This document shows, piece after piece, positions 1 to 9,467 of a stretch of DNA of 64,000 bases. The stretch's first letter is position 1. Each line of letters starts with the position of its first letter. The position numbers and the translations under genes are program-made. The DNA is from an uncultured Bacillota bacterium (lineage in GTDB: Bacteria > Bacillota > DTU025 > MWDF01), in contig CAWGMK010000013.1 of NCBI GenBank assembly GCA_963823655.1, positions 288,001-352,000 of the forward strand. Reading direction: 5' to 3'. Under the pieces are notes generated by a model. That model saw only the letters and a program-made list of their open reading frames with translations, was not told where the DNA came from and did no database searches.

Positions 1-1
1 C

Positions 2-148
2 GGCAAGGGGCTGAGCATTGTAGAAGTGCTCTCCACATGTCCTACGAACTGGGGCAGGGCGCCTTTTGAGTCCATGCGCTGGGTAGACGAGAACATGGCC
101 CCCTATTTTCCGCTAGGAGACTACAAGACGGCGGAGGAGGCGAAATAG
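2..148 (+). CDS. 2-oxoacid:ferredoxin oxidoreductase beta subunit, C-terminal fragment (truncated by window edge)
   Basis: Frame from nt 2 reads GKGLSIVEVLSTCPTNWG...YFPLGDYK*, a typical beta-subunit C-terminus. Its stop abuts the ATG of the gamma subunit. Confidence 0.85.
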   Translation, partial: GKGLSIVEVLSTCPTNWGRAPFESMRWVDENMAPYFPLGDYKTAEEAK

Positions 149-685
149 ATGCAAAAGGAGTATATTCTGTCGGGTTTCGGCGGCCAGGGATTGATGCTGG
201 CAGGCATGCTTCTGTCCGAAGCCGGCATGCTAGAGGGCAAGAACGTTTCCTGGATACCCTCATACGGCCCCGAGATGAGAGGCGGCACCGCAAACTGCGC
301 CGTAGTCGTCTCAGAGGAGCCCATAGGTTCCCCCATAGTGGATAATCCCGACGTGGTAGTAGCAATGAACCTGCCGTCCATGGACAAGTTCGAGCCCGCA
401 ATAAAGAAGGGCGGCATCATGGTGTATAACTCAAGCCTTATAAAAAGGCCTCCTGCCAGGAAAGATATCACCTATATAGCAGCGCCCGCCAACGAGATCG
501 CTGAGGCTCTGGGAAACGAGAAAGTCGCCAACATGGCGATGCTAGGAGCTATGTTTGCGGGAGATAAATGGGTGAAGGCCGAGTCTTTGGAGAAAGTCCT
601 GTACAAGAAGATGACAGGTGCCAAGGCAAAGCTTATCCCGCTAAATATCGAGGCGATAAAGAGGGGTGCCGAGGCCTATAAATAG
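149..685 (+). CDS. 2-oxoacid:acceptor oxidoreductase gamma subunit (VorC/PorC family)
   Basis: GFGGQG, PSYGPEMRGGTANC and ANMAMLGA motifs. Confidence 0.93.
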   Translation: MQKEYILSGFGGQGLMLAGMLLSEAGMLEGKNVSWIPSYGPEMRGGTANCAVVVSEEPIGSPIVDNPDVVVAMNLPSMDKFEPAIKKGGIMVYNSSLIKRPPARKDITYIAAPANEIAEALGNEKVANMAMLGAMFAGDKWVKAESLEKVLYKKMTGAKAKLIPLNIEAIKRGAEAYK

Positions 686-704
686 CCTCACGCACTGGCA
701 GACT

Positions 705-742
705 ACCCGGGCGCTTCTTGCAATAAGGTGCGCCCGGGTTTT
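705..742 (+). terminator. Rho-independent terminator
   Basis: ACCCGGGCGC...GCGCCCGGGT stem followed by a T run, just after the gamma-subunit stop. Confidence 0.65.
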
Positions 743-761
743 CAATTCGGAAGGGGGAATC

Positions 762-1319
762 ATGTTGAAGTGCTCGTGCGCGAAAACATCCAAAGAGGTA
801 AGGCTCAGCGGGGGCACAGTCTTCCGGGGCAGAATAATGACGGTAGAAGAAGATAGCGTGCTTCTTCCAACGGGAGGCACTTCCACAAGGGAGGTAGTGC
901 GCACCGCAGATTTGATATCGGCAGGGATAATCGACGCAGATGGCAAGATATGCCTCGTCAGGCAGTACAGATACCCTGCCGAGAGGCTTCTTTGGGAGAT
1001 ACCGGCAGGAAGGATAGAGCCCGGAGAGGAGCCGGAAGATGCCGCAGTGCGCGAAGCAGGCGAGGAGACCGGCCTTCGATGCGAGATAAAAAGCAAGATA
1101 GCGGGATTTTACCTTGCCGCGGGCTTTGCCACCGAGTATATGCATATGTACCTTATGGAGATCACCGGAAAGTCCGACGCGAAGCCGGACGAAGATGAGG
1201 ATATTGAAACCGCATTCTTCGGCGAAGCGGAGCTCATGCAAATGCTCGATGACGGCAGCATAGAAGATTCCAAGACGCTGATCTTCCTGAACTGGTATTT
1301 CAGAACCCGCCCCAGATGA
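762..1319 (+). CDS. nudF: NUDIX hydrolase, ADP-ribose pyrophosphatase
   Basis: Nudix box GRIEPGEEPEDAAVREAGEETG, RQYRYP and C-terminal IEDSKT. RBS GGGGG precedes ATG 762, and the gene has its usual position upstream of xerD. Confidence 0.85.
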   Translation: MLKCSCAKTSKEVRLSGGTVFRGRIMTVEEDSVLLPTGGTSTREVVRTADLISAGIIDADGKICLVRQYRYPAERLLWEIPAGRIEPGEEPEDAAVREAGEETGLRCEIKSKIAGFYLAAGFATEYMHMYLMEITGKSDAKPDEDEDIETAFFGEAELMQMLDDGSIEDSKTLIFLNWYFRTRPR

Positions 1320-1331
1320 CGGCCGGCTAAG

Positions 1332-1360
1332 GCATGGTATAATATAATATTATGTAAACA
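1332..1360 (+). promoter_or_regulatory. Extended -10 promoter of xerD overlapping a dif-like sequence
   Basis: TGGTATAAT at 1335-1343. GCATGGTATAA-TATAATA-TTATGTAAACA resembles XerC arm/spacer/XerD arm with a 7-bp spacer. Confidence 0.5.
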
Positions 1361-1378
1361 TGCAAGAGAGGTGCGCCG

Positions 1379-2284
1379 ATGCTGGAGGAGTTGGAGGACT
1401 ATCTGAATTTCCTTGCAGTGGAAAAGGGCCTTTCGGAGAACACCCTTTACTCCTATGCGAGGGACCTCATGGACTTTGAGCAGTTCCTCGCCGCGAAGTG
1501 CGGCGCTAAGTCCTGCTCTGCGGCCATGGTGCTGACTGCGGACGGTTCCACCGTGTCGGCTTTCGTGTCGCATTTGTCCGTAGCGGGGCTTTCTGCAGCC
1601 AGCGCATCCCGCAAGCTTACTACTATTAGGGGCCTCTATAAATACCTGCTGCGGCAGGGCGCCATGAAATCGGACCCGGCATCCAGCGTAGAGTCGATCA
1701 AGCAGCACAGGACGCTGCCCAAATGCCTTAGCATGGATGAGACCAAGTCGCTCATTGATTCTCTCAAGAAGAACAGCCCGAGAGAGCTGAGGGACCTGGC
1801 GATGCTTGAGGTGCTTTACGGCTGCGGGCTCAGGGTAAGCGAACTCGTCAACCTCAAGGTAGGCGATGTGAATACCGAGCACGGCTATGTAAGGTGCATC
1901 GGCAAGGGCTCAAAGGAAAGGATAGTCCCTTTAGGCTCGTTCGCGGCCAAGGCAGTTGACGATTATATGTCATACGGAAGGTCCGCAATTTGCAATATGA
2001 AGCCGAGCTCCTGGCTGTTCGTCACATCCGACGCCAGCCCGATGAGCAGGCAGGCTTTCTGGAAGAACCTGAAGAAAAGGTGCTTGGAGGCAGGCATCAG
2101 CTCAGAGGTTAGCCCCCACACCCTCAGGCACTCTTTTGCAACTCACCTTTTGGAAAATGGTGCGGATCTAAGATCGGTGCAGGAGATGCTAGGACATGCC
2201 GACATTGGCACGACGCAGATATATACTCATCTAACGAAGGCAAAGCTCAGGCAGGTATATGATAAGCATCACCCCAGATCGTGA
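1379..2284 (+). CDS. xerD: Site-specific tyrosine recombinase XerD
   Basis: LYGCGLRVSEL, GKGSKERIVP, SPHTLRHSFATHLLENGADLRSVQEMLGH and TTQIYTH. nudF-xerD-deoB-pdp synteny. Confidence 0.95.
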   Translation: MLEELEDYLNFLAVEKGLSENTLYSYARDLMDFEQFLAAKCGAKSCSAAMVLTADGSTVSAFVSHLSVAGLSAASASRKLTTIRGLYKYLLRQGAMKSDPASSVESIKQHRTLPKCLSMDETKSLIDSLKKNSPRELRDLAMLEVLYGCGLRVSELVNLKVGDVNTEHGYVRCIGKGSKERIVPLGSFAAKAVDDYMSYGRSAICNMKPSSWLFVTSDASPMSRQAFWKNLKKRCLEAGISSEVSPHTLRHSFATHLLENGADLRSVQEMLGHADIGTTQIYTHLTKAKLRQVYDKHHPRS

Positions 2285-2296
2285 CAGGAGGCAGGT

Positions 2297-3483
2297 ATGC
2301 TAGCGACTCAAGGAAAAGGGCGATTATATTGGTTCTGGACGGAGTAGGGGCCGGGCAGCTGCCGGACGCCGCCTTCTTATAATGACGAGGGCAGCAATAC
2401 GCTTGCCAACACCGCGCTTGCCGCAGGAGGCCTGAGCTTGCCTACACTTGGCTCCCTGGGCCTTGGAAATGCCGTAGGCCTTTCCGGGCGGAGCATGCTC
2501 GGCGTTGAACCGGCGGCAGCTCCTCTTGCCCGGTGGGGCCGCCTTGGCGAGCTGTCGCCTGGGAAAGACTCCACTACGGGGCATTGGGAGATGGCAGGAT
2601 GCGTACTTGAGAAGGCCTTCCCGCTCTATCCGAAGGGATTTCCAAAGGAGATACTCGACGAGTTCGTGAAGCAGACCGGCCGCGGCGTGCTCTGCAACCT
2701 CCCATATTCGGGGACTGATGTAATCCGCGATTACGGCGATGAGCATCTGGATACGGGCAAGCTGATAGTTTACACTTCTGGCGATTTTGTCTTCCAGATT
2801 GCGGCGCATACGGATATCGTCCCTCTGGAGGAGCTATATTCGGCATCTGTGAAAGCGCGACAGATACTAATCGGCGAGCATGAAGTCGGCAGGGTGATAG
2901 CGAGGCCTTTCGCAGGCCCTCGCGGAGCATATGTGCGGATCGGTGCCAAAAGGCGCGACTTTGCCATAGAGCCGCCCGTGCCCAACTCTACTGCAGCTTG
3001 TGAAGGACTCCGGGCTTAATGTCATGGGGTGCGGCAAGATCGATGATCTCTTCGCAAACAAAGGCTTGACCCATTCAAGGCATGTATCAGGCAACAAGGC
3101 GACGATGGAGGCCCTCATGCAGTTCATGGACGAGGGGCAAGCCGGGCTGATCTTCGCCAACTGCGTCGACTTCGACATGCTATACGGCCACAGGAATGAC
3201 TATCAAGGGCATGGCAAGCGCCCTTGAGGAAGTCGATGCCCTTATAGCCGATGTAATGGGCAGGATGGGGGAGTCGGACCTTATAATTATTACGGCCGAC
3301 CACGGAAACGACCCCACAACGCCAAGCACCGATCATAGCAGGGAGTATACTCCTGTTCTCGTTTGGGCGCCCGGCATTGATGCCTTAGGCATCGGAGACA
3401 GGAAGAGCTTCGCCGACGTCGGCGCCACCGTCGCCAAATGGCTGGGGGTTGGTTGGGGACTGCCCGGCGAGAGCATTGCTTAG
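2297..3483 (+). CDS. deoB: Phosphopentomutase (split by several single-base indels)
   Basis: Fragments KRAIILVLDGVGAGQLPDA, GKDSTTGHWE, GRVIARPF, DFDMLYGHRND and ITADHGNDPT...TDHSREY lie in successive frames. Confidence 0.92.
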
Positions 3484-3504
3484 CCGAAAGGAGAGAGCGG
3501 ATCT

Positions 3505-4809
3505 ATGCTCATCCAGGATATAATCGCGAAGAAGAAAGTAGGATCCCGCCTTGAGAAAGACGAGATCGATTTCTTCATAAAAGGAATAGTCAGCGGCGAG
3601 ATCCCGGACTATCAGGCGACCGCCCTTCTTATGGCCATATGGATAAAAGGCATGGATGTGAAGGAGACGGTAGACCTTACCCTTTCCATGGCTGAATCTG
3701 GAGATATGCTGGACCTTTCGGAAATACCCGGCATAAAGCTGGATAAGCACTCAACAGGAGGAGTCGCGGATACGACGACTCTAATATTGGCCCCGCTTGT
3801 AGCGGCGCTCGGCTACCCTGTGGCGAAACTTTCCGGAAGAGGCTTAGGCCACACCGGAGGCACCCTGGACAAGCTGGAGTCTATCCCAGGTATGAGCGTC
3901 GATCTTTCCAAGAGGCAGTTCATAGAGCAGGTTAAAAGGATCGGCCTTGCCGTTTCAGGGCAGACTGCTGATATCGCCCCCGCCGACAAGATACTTTACT
4001 CGTTAAGGGATGTCACATCTACGACGGACAACATCGCGCTAATGGCGTCGAGCATAATGAGCAAGAAGCTTGCCTCGGGCTCAGATGCCATAGTGCTGGA
4101 TGTGAAGACGGGAAGAGGCGCCTTCCTGCCCGATGTGGCAAGCTCAACGGAGCTTGCGCGGCTCATGGTCGACATCGGAAGGGCTTCCGGGCGGAGGATG
4201 GCGGCGGTTGTTACGGACATGAACCAGCCTTTGGGCACTGCAATCGGAAATGCCCTTGAGATTATTGAGGCGGCCGAGATGCTGGCTAGTCCCAAACCCT
4301 CAAGGCTGCTTGACATAGTCATGCATCTTGCGACGCTTATGATAAGATGCGCCGGCGACACCAGAGACGAGAGCCTGATAAACCTGGACCTGCTCAAAGC
4401 GCTTGGGACTGGCAAAGCCCTGCAGAAGCTGTGCGAGATGGTGGAGTGCCAGGGAGGGGACCCTAGCTACATAGAGAATCCTTCCAAATTCGAGCTGGCC
4501 GGCAATGTCTTGGAAGTAAAAGCGCAGAAGGCAGGTTGGATCAGCTCTATAGATGGGCTTGAGCTGGGCAAAGCGTCAGTGGTAATCGGGGCGGGAAGGC
4601 GCCGCAAGGGCGATCCCGTAGATTTCGGTGTGGGCATGGTAATTTCAAAGCAGGTGGGCGACAGGATCGAGGCGGGGGAGCCTTTCGCGAAAGTGTACGC
4701 GAGGAACATCTCCGATCTAAATGCTGCGGCAGCATCCTGCATAAGTGCATTTGCGATATCGGAGACAAGCACGGCGAAGCCACCCCTTGTCTACGAAACC
4801 ATAGAGTGA
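3505..4809 (+). CDS. pdp: Pyrimidine-nucleoside phosphorylase
   Basis: DKHSTGGV, SGRGLGHTGGTLDKLESIPG and SIMSKKLA motifs. Confidence 0.95.
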   Translation: MLIQDIIAKKKVGSRLEKDEIDFFIKGIVSGEIPDYQATALLMAIWIKGMDVKETVDLTLSMAESGDMLDLSEIPGIKLDKHSTGGVADTTTLILAPLVAALGYPVAKLSGRGLGHTGGTLDKLESIPGMSVDLSKRQFIEQVKRIGLAVSGQTADIAPADKILYSLRDVTSTTDNIALMASSIMSKKLASGSDAIVLDVKTGRGAFLPDVASSTELARLMVDIGRASGRRMAAVVTDMNQPLGTAIGNALEIIEAAEMLASPKPSRLLDIVMHLATLMIRCAGDTRDESLINLDLLKALGTGKALQKLCEMVECQGGDPSYIENPSKFELAGNVLEVKAQKAGWISSIDGLELGKASVVIGAGRRRKGDPVDFGVGMVISKQVGDRIEAGEPFAKVYARNISDLNAAAASCISAFAISETSTAKPPLVYETIE

Positions 4810-4866
4810 TATACCATTTAAGGCACTTGGTTTAGAATAATACTACTCTGTTCTGGAGGTTTGTTT

Positions 4867-5847
4867 ATGAAGAAGGGGACAATTCTCAGCGGGATGAGGC
4901 CGACGGGCAAGCTGCATCTTGGAAACTACCTGACGCTTAGAAACTGGGTGAAGCTGCAGCGCGAATATGATTGTTTCTTTACTATCGTGGACTGGCACGC
5001 GCTGACGACCGGCTATGAGAATACAACCGAGCTGCCCCAGAACATCAAGGATATGGCGCTTGACTGGCTTGCGGCCGGCATTGACCCGGAGGCGGCGCCC
5101 GTCTTCGTTCAGTCCCAGGTAAAGCAGCACGCTGAGCTGCATTTGCTGCTATCCATGATAACCCCCCTCGGTTGGCTTGAGCGCTGCCCTACCTACAAGG
5201 AGCAGCTTAGACAGATTTCGGACAGGGAGATCCAGACATACGGCTTTCTCGGCTACCCCGTCTTGCAGGCGGCCGACATTGCGATATACATGGCTGACAC
5301 TGTGCCCGTCGGCCAGGACCAGGTCCCCCATATCGAGCTGGCAAGGGAAATCGTAAGGAGATTCAACTTCCTCTACGGCAATACCCTTGTGGAGCCGGCT
5401 GCGATCCTTAACAATGTGCCCCTTCTGCCTGGAACCGACGGAAGGAAGATGAGTAAAAGCTACGGCAATTACATAGCGCTCTCCGACGCTCCCGAGAAGG
5501 TAGCCCAATCCATCTCGCAGATGGTCACCGACCCTGCCAGGATAAAGAAGAGCGACCCGGGACATCCGGACATATGCACCGTTTTCGCTTACTATGCCGC
5601 ATTCTTCCCGGAGATGCTGGATGAGGTGCGCACGGAATGCGAAGGTGCGCAGATAGGCTGCGTCGCGTGCAAGAAACGCCTTTCGGCAAAGCTTCTGGAA
5701 GTGCTCTCCCCTATACACGAGAGGAGAAGCATGTTCGCCGCAGACCCCGACCTTGTAGACGGCATCCTTTTGAAGGGCGCTGCCTCGGCCGAAAAAACCG
5801 CGGAAGCTACGATGAAGCGCGTTAGGTCGGCGATCGGGCTGGCATGA
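4867..5847 (+). CDS. trpS: Tryptophan--tRNA ligase
   Basis: SGMRPTGKLHLGNY (HIGH), YPVLQAADI, VPVGQDQ and KMSKS. Confidence 0.96.
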   Translation: MKKGTILSGMRPTGKLHLGNYLTLRNWVKLQREYDCFFTIVDWHALTTGYENTTELPQNIKDMALDWLAAGIDPEAAPVFVQSQVKQHAELHLLLSMITPLGWLERCPTYKEQLRQISDREIQTYGFLGYPVLQAADIAIYMADTVPVGQDQVPHIELAREIVRRFNFLYGNTLVEPAAILNNVPLLPGTDGRKMSKSYGNYIALSDAPEKVAQSISQMVTDPARIKKSDPGHPDICTVFAYYAAFFPEMLDEVRTECEGAQIGCVACKKRLSAKLLEVLSPIHERRSMFAADPDLVDGILLKGAASAEKTAEATMKRVRSAIGLA

Positions 5848-6629
5848 TTGCACTCCCGGAGGCATCACATGATGCGGGCAGGTTCCAGGCGCAAGGATAC
5901 AGCGGGCCGCTGAATCTCCTGTTGGACCTCATTGAGCAGAGAAAGGTCGACATCTGCGAAGTATCGCTTGCCCAGATCACCGACGACTACTTGCAGAGGA
6001 TAAGCCTTGTGCAGTGGCCGGACCTTGAGGAATCCTCCCGCTTCCTGGTGATTGCGGCGACTCTTTTGTTCATTAAGGCACGGGTCCTTATGCCAAAGCG
6101 GAAGGACCTGGATGAGCCCGAAGAGATCGAAGAGGGAGAGGACCCTGCCGAGCTTCTGGTTAACAGGCTCAGGGCTTACAAGATATTTAGGGATGCGGCG
6201 AGGAAGCTTAGGCTGCTTGAAGCCGATGCCTCCCTGCATTTCCGAAGGGGAAGGTACGAGAAACTGGGCTCCAGGTGGCCCGGCAACCCTTTGGAGGGCA
6301 TGCTGCCTCAGGATTTCCTCGACATAATAACTCGGATCGCCGCAGAGAAGAAGCAGGGGGACATATCTGTACCTTACGAGGAGACCCCGCTTGAGGATTT
6401 CATGAACTCGCTAATCGGGGCGCTCAAGAGGAAAAGAAATGCGGATTTCCTTAAGGCGCTCGGTACAATAAAGGACAAGCAGGCCCTCATCGGCAGCCTT
6501 CTGGCCCTTCTGGAGCTTGCCAAGCTGGGGATAATATCGATAAGCCAAATGGGGCCGGGACAGCCGATCTGGATGTCCCTGAGGGAGGAGGGAATACATG
6601 GACCTGGTAAAGATGAAATCTTTGATTGA
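5844..6629 (+). CDS. scpA: Segregation and condensation protein A
   Basis: YSGPLNLLLDLI...ITDDYL, AATLLFIKARVL and LALLELAK; followed by scpB. Confidence 0.9.
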   Translation: MIALPEASHDAGRFQAQGYSGPLNLLLDLIEQRKVDICEVSLAQITDDYLQRISLVQWPDLEESSRFLVIAATLLFIKARVLMPKRKDLDEPEEIEEGEDPAELLVNRLRAYKIFRDAARKLRLLEADASLHFRRGRYEKLGSRWPGNPLEGMLPQDFLDIITRIAAEKKQGDISVPYEETPLEDFMNSLIGALKRKRNADFLKALGTIKDKQALIGSLLALLELAKLGIISISQMGPGQPIWMSLREEGIHGPGKDEIFD

Positions 6630-7143
6630 AGCCGTGATATTCGCTTCACCCGAGCCCGTGGATATGCAAGACCTTGCCGCGTCATTGGGCATCGAAACAG
6701 GCACTATGTCAGCTCTGTTAAGAGATATCGAAGAGGAGCTGAACCGACCTGATTCGGGAATAAGGCTTTCTAAAGCGGGAGGCGGGGTCAGCATGGTGAC
6801 GAAGCCGGAGCTCGCTGACGAAATCTCACAGTACCTGGCGGCTATTCGGCATTCGGCGCTGACGGACGCTTCGCTTGAGACGCTTGCGATAATTGCGTAC
6901 AAGCAGCCAATAACCAAGGCAGAAATCGAGCAGATCAGAGGAGTCGGGGCAGAATCCGCGCTGATCACCCTCGCTCAAAGAGGGCTGATAGCCGAAAGGG
7001 GCCGCAAGAGCGCCCCGGGACGCCCCATTTTGTACGGGACAACTAAGGATTTTCTAGTATACTTGGGTTTGCCGGACATAGCATCGCTTCCGGGCATTGA
7101 AATGGAAACCGACGAGGGGCAGAAGCTTCCGGGTTTAGATTAG
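6598..7143 (+). CDS. scpB: Segregation and condensation protein B
   Basis: LETLAIIAYKQPITKAEIEQIRGV and PGRPILYGTT. Confidence 0.95.
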   Translation: MDLVKMKSLIEAVIFASPEPVDMQDLAASLGIETGTMSALLRDIEEELNRPDSGIRLSKAGGGVSMVTKPELADEISQYLAAIRHSALTDASLETLAIIAYKQPITKAEIEQIRGVGAESALITLAQRGLIAERGRKSAPGRPILYGTTKDFLVYLGLPDIASLPGIEMETDEGQKLPGLD

Positions 7144-7175
7144 GGCAGCGCAGTTAGCGCTCAGAGGTGTTTATT

Positions 7176-7817
7176 ATGGTAGTAGCAGTGATTGGTCTCG
7201 GAGTATTCGGCGTTTCAGTTGCCTTAAAGCTCGCATATGAAGGCGCCGAAGTATTCGCCATCGACAAGGAAGAGGAAAAGGTCAAGAAGTACGCAAATTT
7301 CGTTACTCATGCCGTTTCGGCTGACGTTACCGATAGGGACGCCATGGAGAGCATCGGCATCAGGAACGTGGACGTGGCCGTCATAACGACCGCCTCCGAT
7401 ATAACGATGTCGGTCGTGGGAACCATGGTGCTCAAGGAGCTGGGTATCCCCAGGGTAATCGCGAAGGCGAAGGATGAGATGCACGGCAGAATTTTGCAGG
7501 CTGTCGGCGCCAGCCGCGTTGTCTACCCCGAGAAGGAGGCCGGCGAGAGGCTGGCCCACTCCATACTCTCGAACAACTTCATCGATCTCATTGAACTCGA
7601 TCCTAGGTTCTCAATTCTCGAGATCAAGGCGCCGGAGAAGATTGTGGGCAGGACACTCAAGCAGATAGACGTAAGGGCCAAGTACGGCGTTAACATAGTA
7701 GCCGTCAAATCGGCGGACAAATGGATACTGACGCCGGGGGCCAACGATGTAATAAAGCAGAATGACATTCTAGTCACCATAGGCTCGAACGAGGATTTGG
7801 AGAAGTTCAAGGAATGA
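7176..7817 (+). CDS. ktrA: TrkA/KtrA family potassium uptake regulatory subunit
   Basis: VIGLGVFG Rossmann motif, RCK_N and RCK_C domains, and VVYPEKEAG. Confidence 0.88.
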   Translation: MVVAVIGLGVFGVSVALKLAYEGAEVFAIDKEEEKVKKYANFVTHAVSADVTDRDAMESIGIRNVDVAVITTASDITMSVVGTMVLKELGIPRVIAKAKDEMHGRILQAVGASRVVYPEKEAGERLAHSILSNNFIDLIELDPRFSILEIKAPEKIVGRTLKQIDVRAKYGVNIVAVKSADKWILTPGANDVIKQNDILVTIGSNEDLEKFKE

Positions 7818-8576
7818 CAGAACAGAGGATATCCAAATATCTCGCCTATTGCGGCATCGCCTCCAGACGCAAGTCGGAGGCTTTCGTCACATCGGGCAGA
7901 GTCAGCGTAAACGGCGAGACCATCACGGATTTAGCCTACAAAGTGAACCCTGATGACAAGGTTTGCCTTGATGGCCGGCCGATCACTCCTGCGGGCAACT
8001 TCATCTATATCATGTTGAATAAACCCAGGGGCTACCTTACCACAGCATCGGACGATCGCGGCCGCAAGACCGTAATGTCCCTTATAGAGCCCGGAGAGCA
8101 TAGGGTTTTCCCTGTCGGCAGGCTAGATCTGGATTCGGAAGGCCTTCTTTTGCTGACAGACGACGGCGACCTGGCGTTCCGGCTAACACACCCGGGAAAG
8201 AATATAGACAAGAAATATGTGGCGGCACTTAGCAATCCTATAAAAGAGGATTTCTTACAGATTTTGCGAATAGGTATTATGTTAGACGAGACTTTGACCT
8301 CACCGGCAAAGGTTAGGAAGGTGCACCCTTCCGGCCTCATAATTGAGGTTGTGATCCATGAGGGCAGGAAGCGGCAGGTTAGGCGCATGGTAGAGGCAGC
8401 AGGTAGCAGGGTATCTCTCACTGAAGCGCACCGAACTGGGGCCCTTGCAGCTGGGTTCGCTGAAAACCGGTGAATGGAGATATCTGACTGAGGACGAGGT
8501 TCTGAACCTTAGGCAATTAGGAGACAAAGTCCCCGAAAGGAGGGCCGGCGATGATAAAGAGGATCAAGAACAATAG
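7814..8576 (+). CDS. rluB: rRNA pseudouridine synthase (RluB/RsuA family), one indel near 8420
   Basis: S4 domain (SRRKSE), NKPRG, VGRLDLDSEGLLLLT and EGRKRQVRRM. It continues in a shifted frame as LKRTELGPLQLGSLKTGEWRYL to the stop at 8576. Confidence 0.88.
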
Positions 8577-8892
8577 TGGCTTAACGGCAGTCGAGGTAAT
8601 CGTTGCCGCCGTAATCCTCGTTATTGCATCTGTATCCCTGCTTGGGCTCTATAACAGCAATTTCGGCTGGATTATTGGGGCCGGTTTCAGGACAGAGGCC
8701 GTTGATAAGGCAAAGGCATTGATTGATGCGAAAATCGCGGCCGGGGCAGCTACAGGTTCGACCGGCCAGCTGGTAATAAGCTTCACGGGAACTGATGACG
8801 TTATTGTAGAGGGCGAGTTCGTCAGGTTCACAGGAACAGACGGCCCTAACGACTCAACATCGGTGACTCTTAATACATTCATCCCTAAGTAG
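8551..8892 (+). CDS. Type IV minor pilin / pseudopilin (PilV/GspI-like)
   Basis: Class III signal KNNSG|LTAVEVIV with E+5 and a hydrophobic helix; RBS AGGAGG. Confidence 0.8.
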   Translation: MIKRIKNNSGLTAVEVIVAAVILVIASVSLLGLYNSNFGWIIGAGFRTEAVDKAKALIDAKIAAGAATGSTGQLVISFTGTDDVIVEGEFVRFTGTDGPNDSTSVTLNTFIPK

Positions 8893-8912
8893 ACAGAAAG
8901 GAGGAGGCGCTA

Positions 8913-9445
8913 GTGCTCTTACGCAGGCTGAGAAATCAAAAAGGCGTGACTCTGGTCGAGCTTATTCTTGTCATTGCAGTGCTCGGATTTGTGATGGCTG
9001 CCGCGCTCTCCTTCTTCTTGATTGGGCACCAGGACATTTTCTTTGGGAAGCAGCCAGGCTAAGGTACAGCAGGAAGCAAGGCTGGCTACGACTATAGTCA
9101 GCGGCGATTTGAGGACTTCCTTGAACGTACGCGCCTATTTCCCGGGGGACACATGGGTTGCAGATTTAGACGACTATGTAGTGCAGAGGATAGGGACTGA
9201 GGCTCCTTTCTCGCTGATGTATACGAGGCCTAGCGGCAATTTGGAGACAGATTCAGTATTTACGAGCCTGGTTTTCAACGTTGTTACAGATGCAAACGGA
9301 AAGAGGTTCATCGTTTTCGAAGCAACAGGCGTGGATAGGGCAAAGGCAATATACAATTAATTCTTCCATGTTGCTCGAAAACTATAATAAGCATCCATTA
9401 CTCGCAGATGGCGAGGGCTATACAGTTATTGTCTTCGACAAGTAA
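8913..9445 (+). CDS. Type IV minor pilin (PilW/GspJ-like), two apparent indels
   Basis: GTG start after GGAGG and RNQKG|VTLVELILVIAVLG. It continues as GTRTFSLGSSQAKVQQEARLA (ORF 9022-9360) and probably QYTINSSMLLEN...VFDK* to 9445. Confidence 0.75.
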
Positions 9446-9467
9446 GTAGCTTTGAAGGAGGGGCGAC

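Noticed and set aside
1379-2284. Tyrosine recombinase as a prophage or island integrase
   Set aside because: Sequence and nudF-xerD-deoB-pdp synteny identify housekeeping XerD, and there are no mobile genes nearby.
4810-4866. T-box leader before trpS
   Set aside because: The intergenic space is under 60 bp and has no T-box motif.
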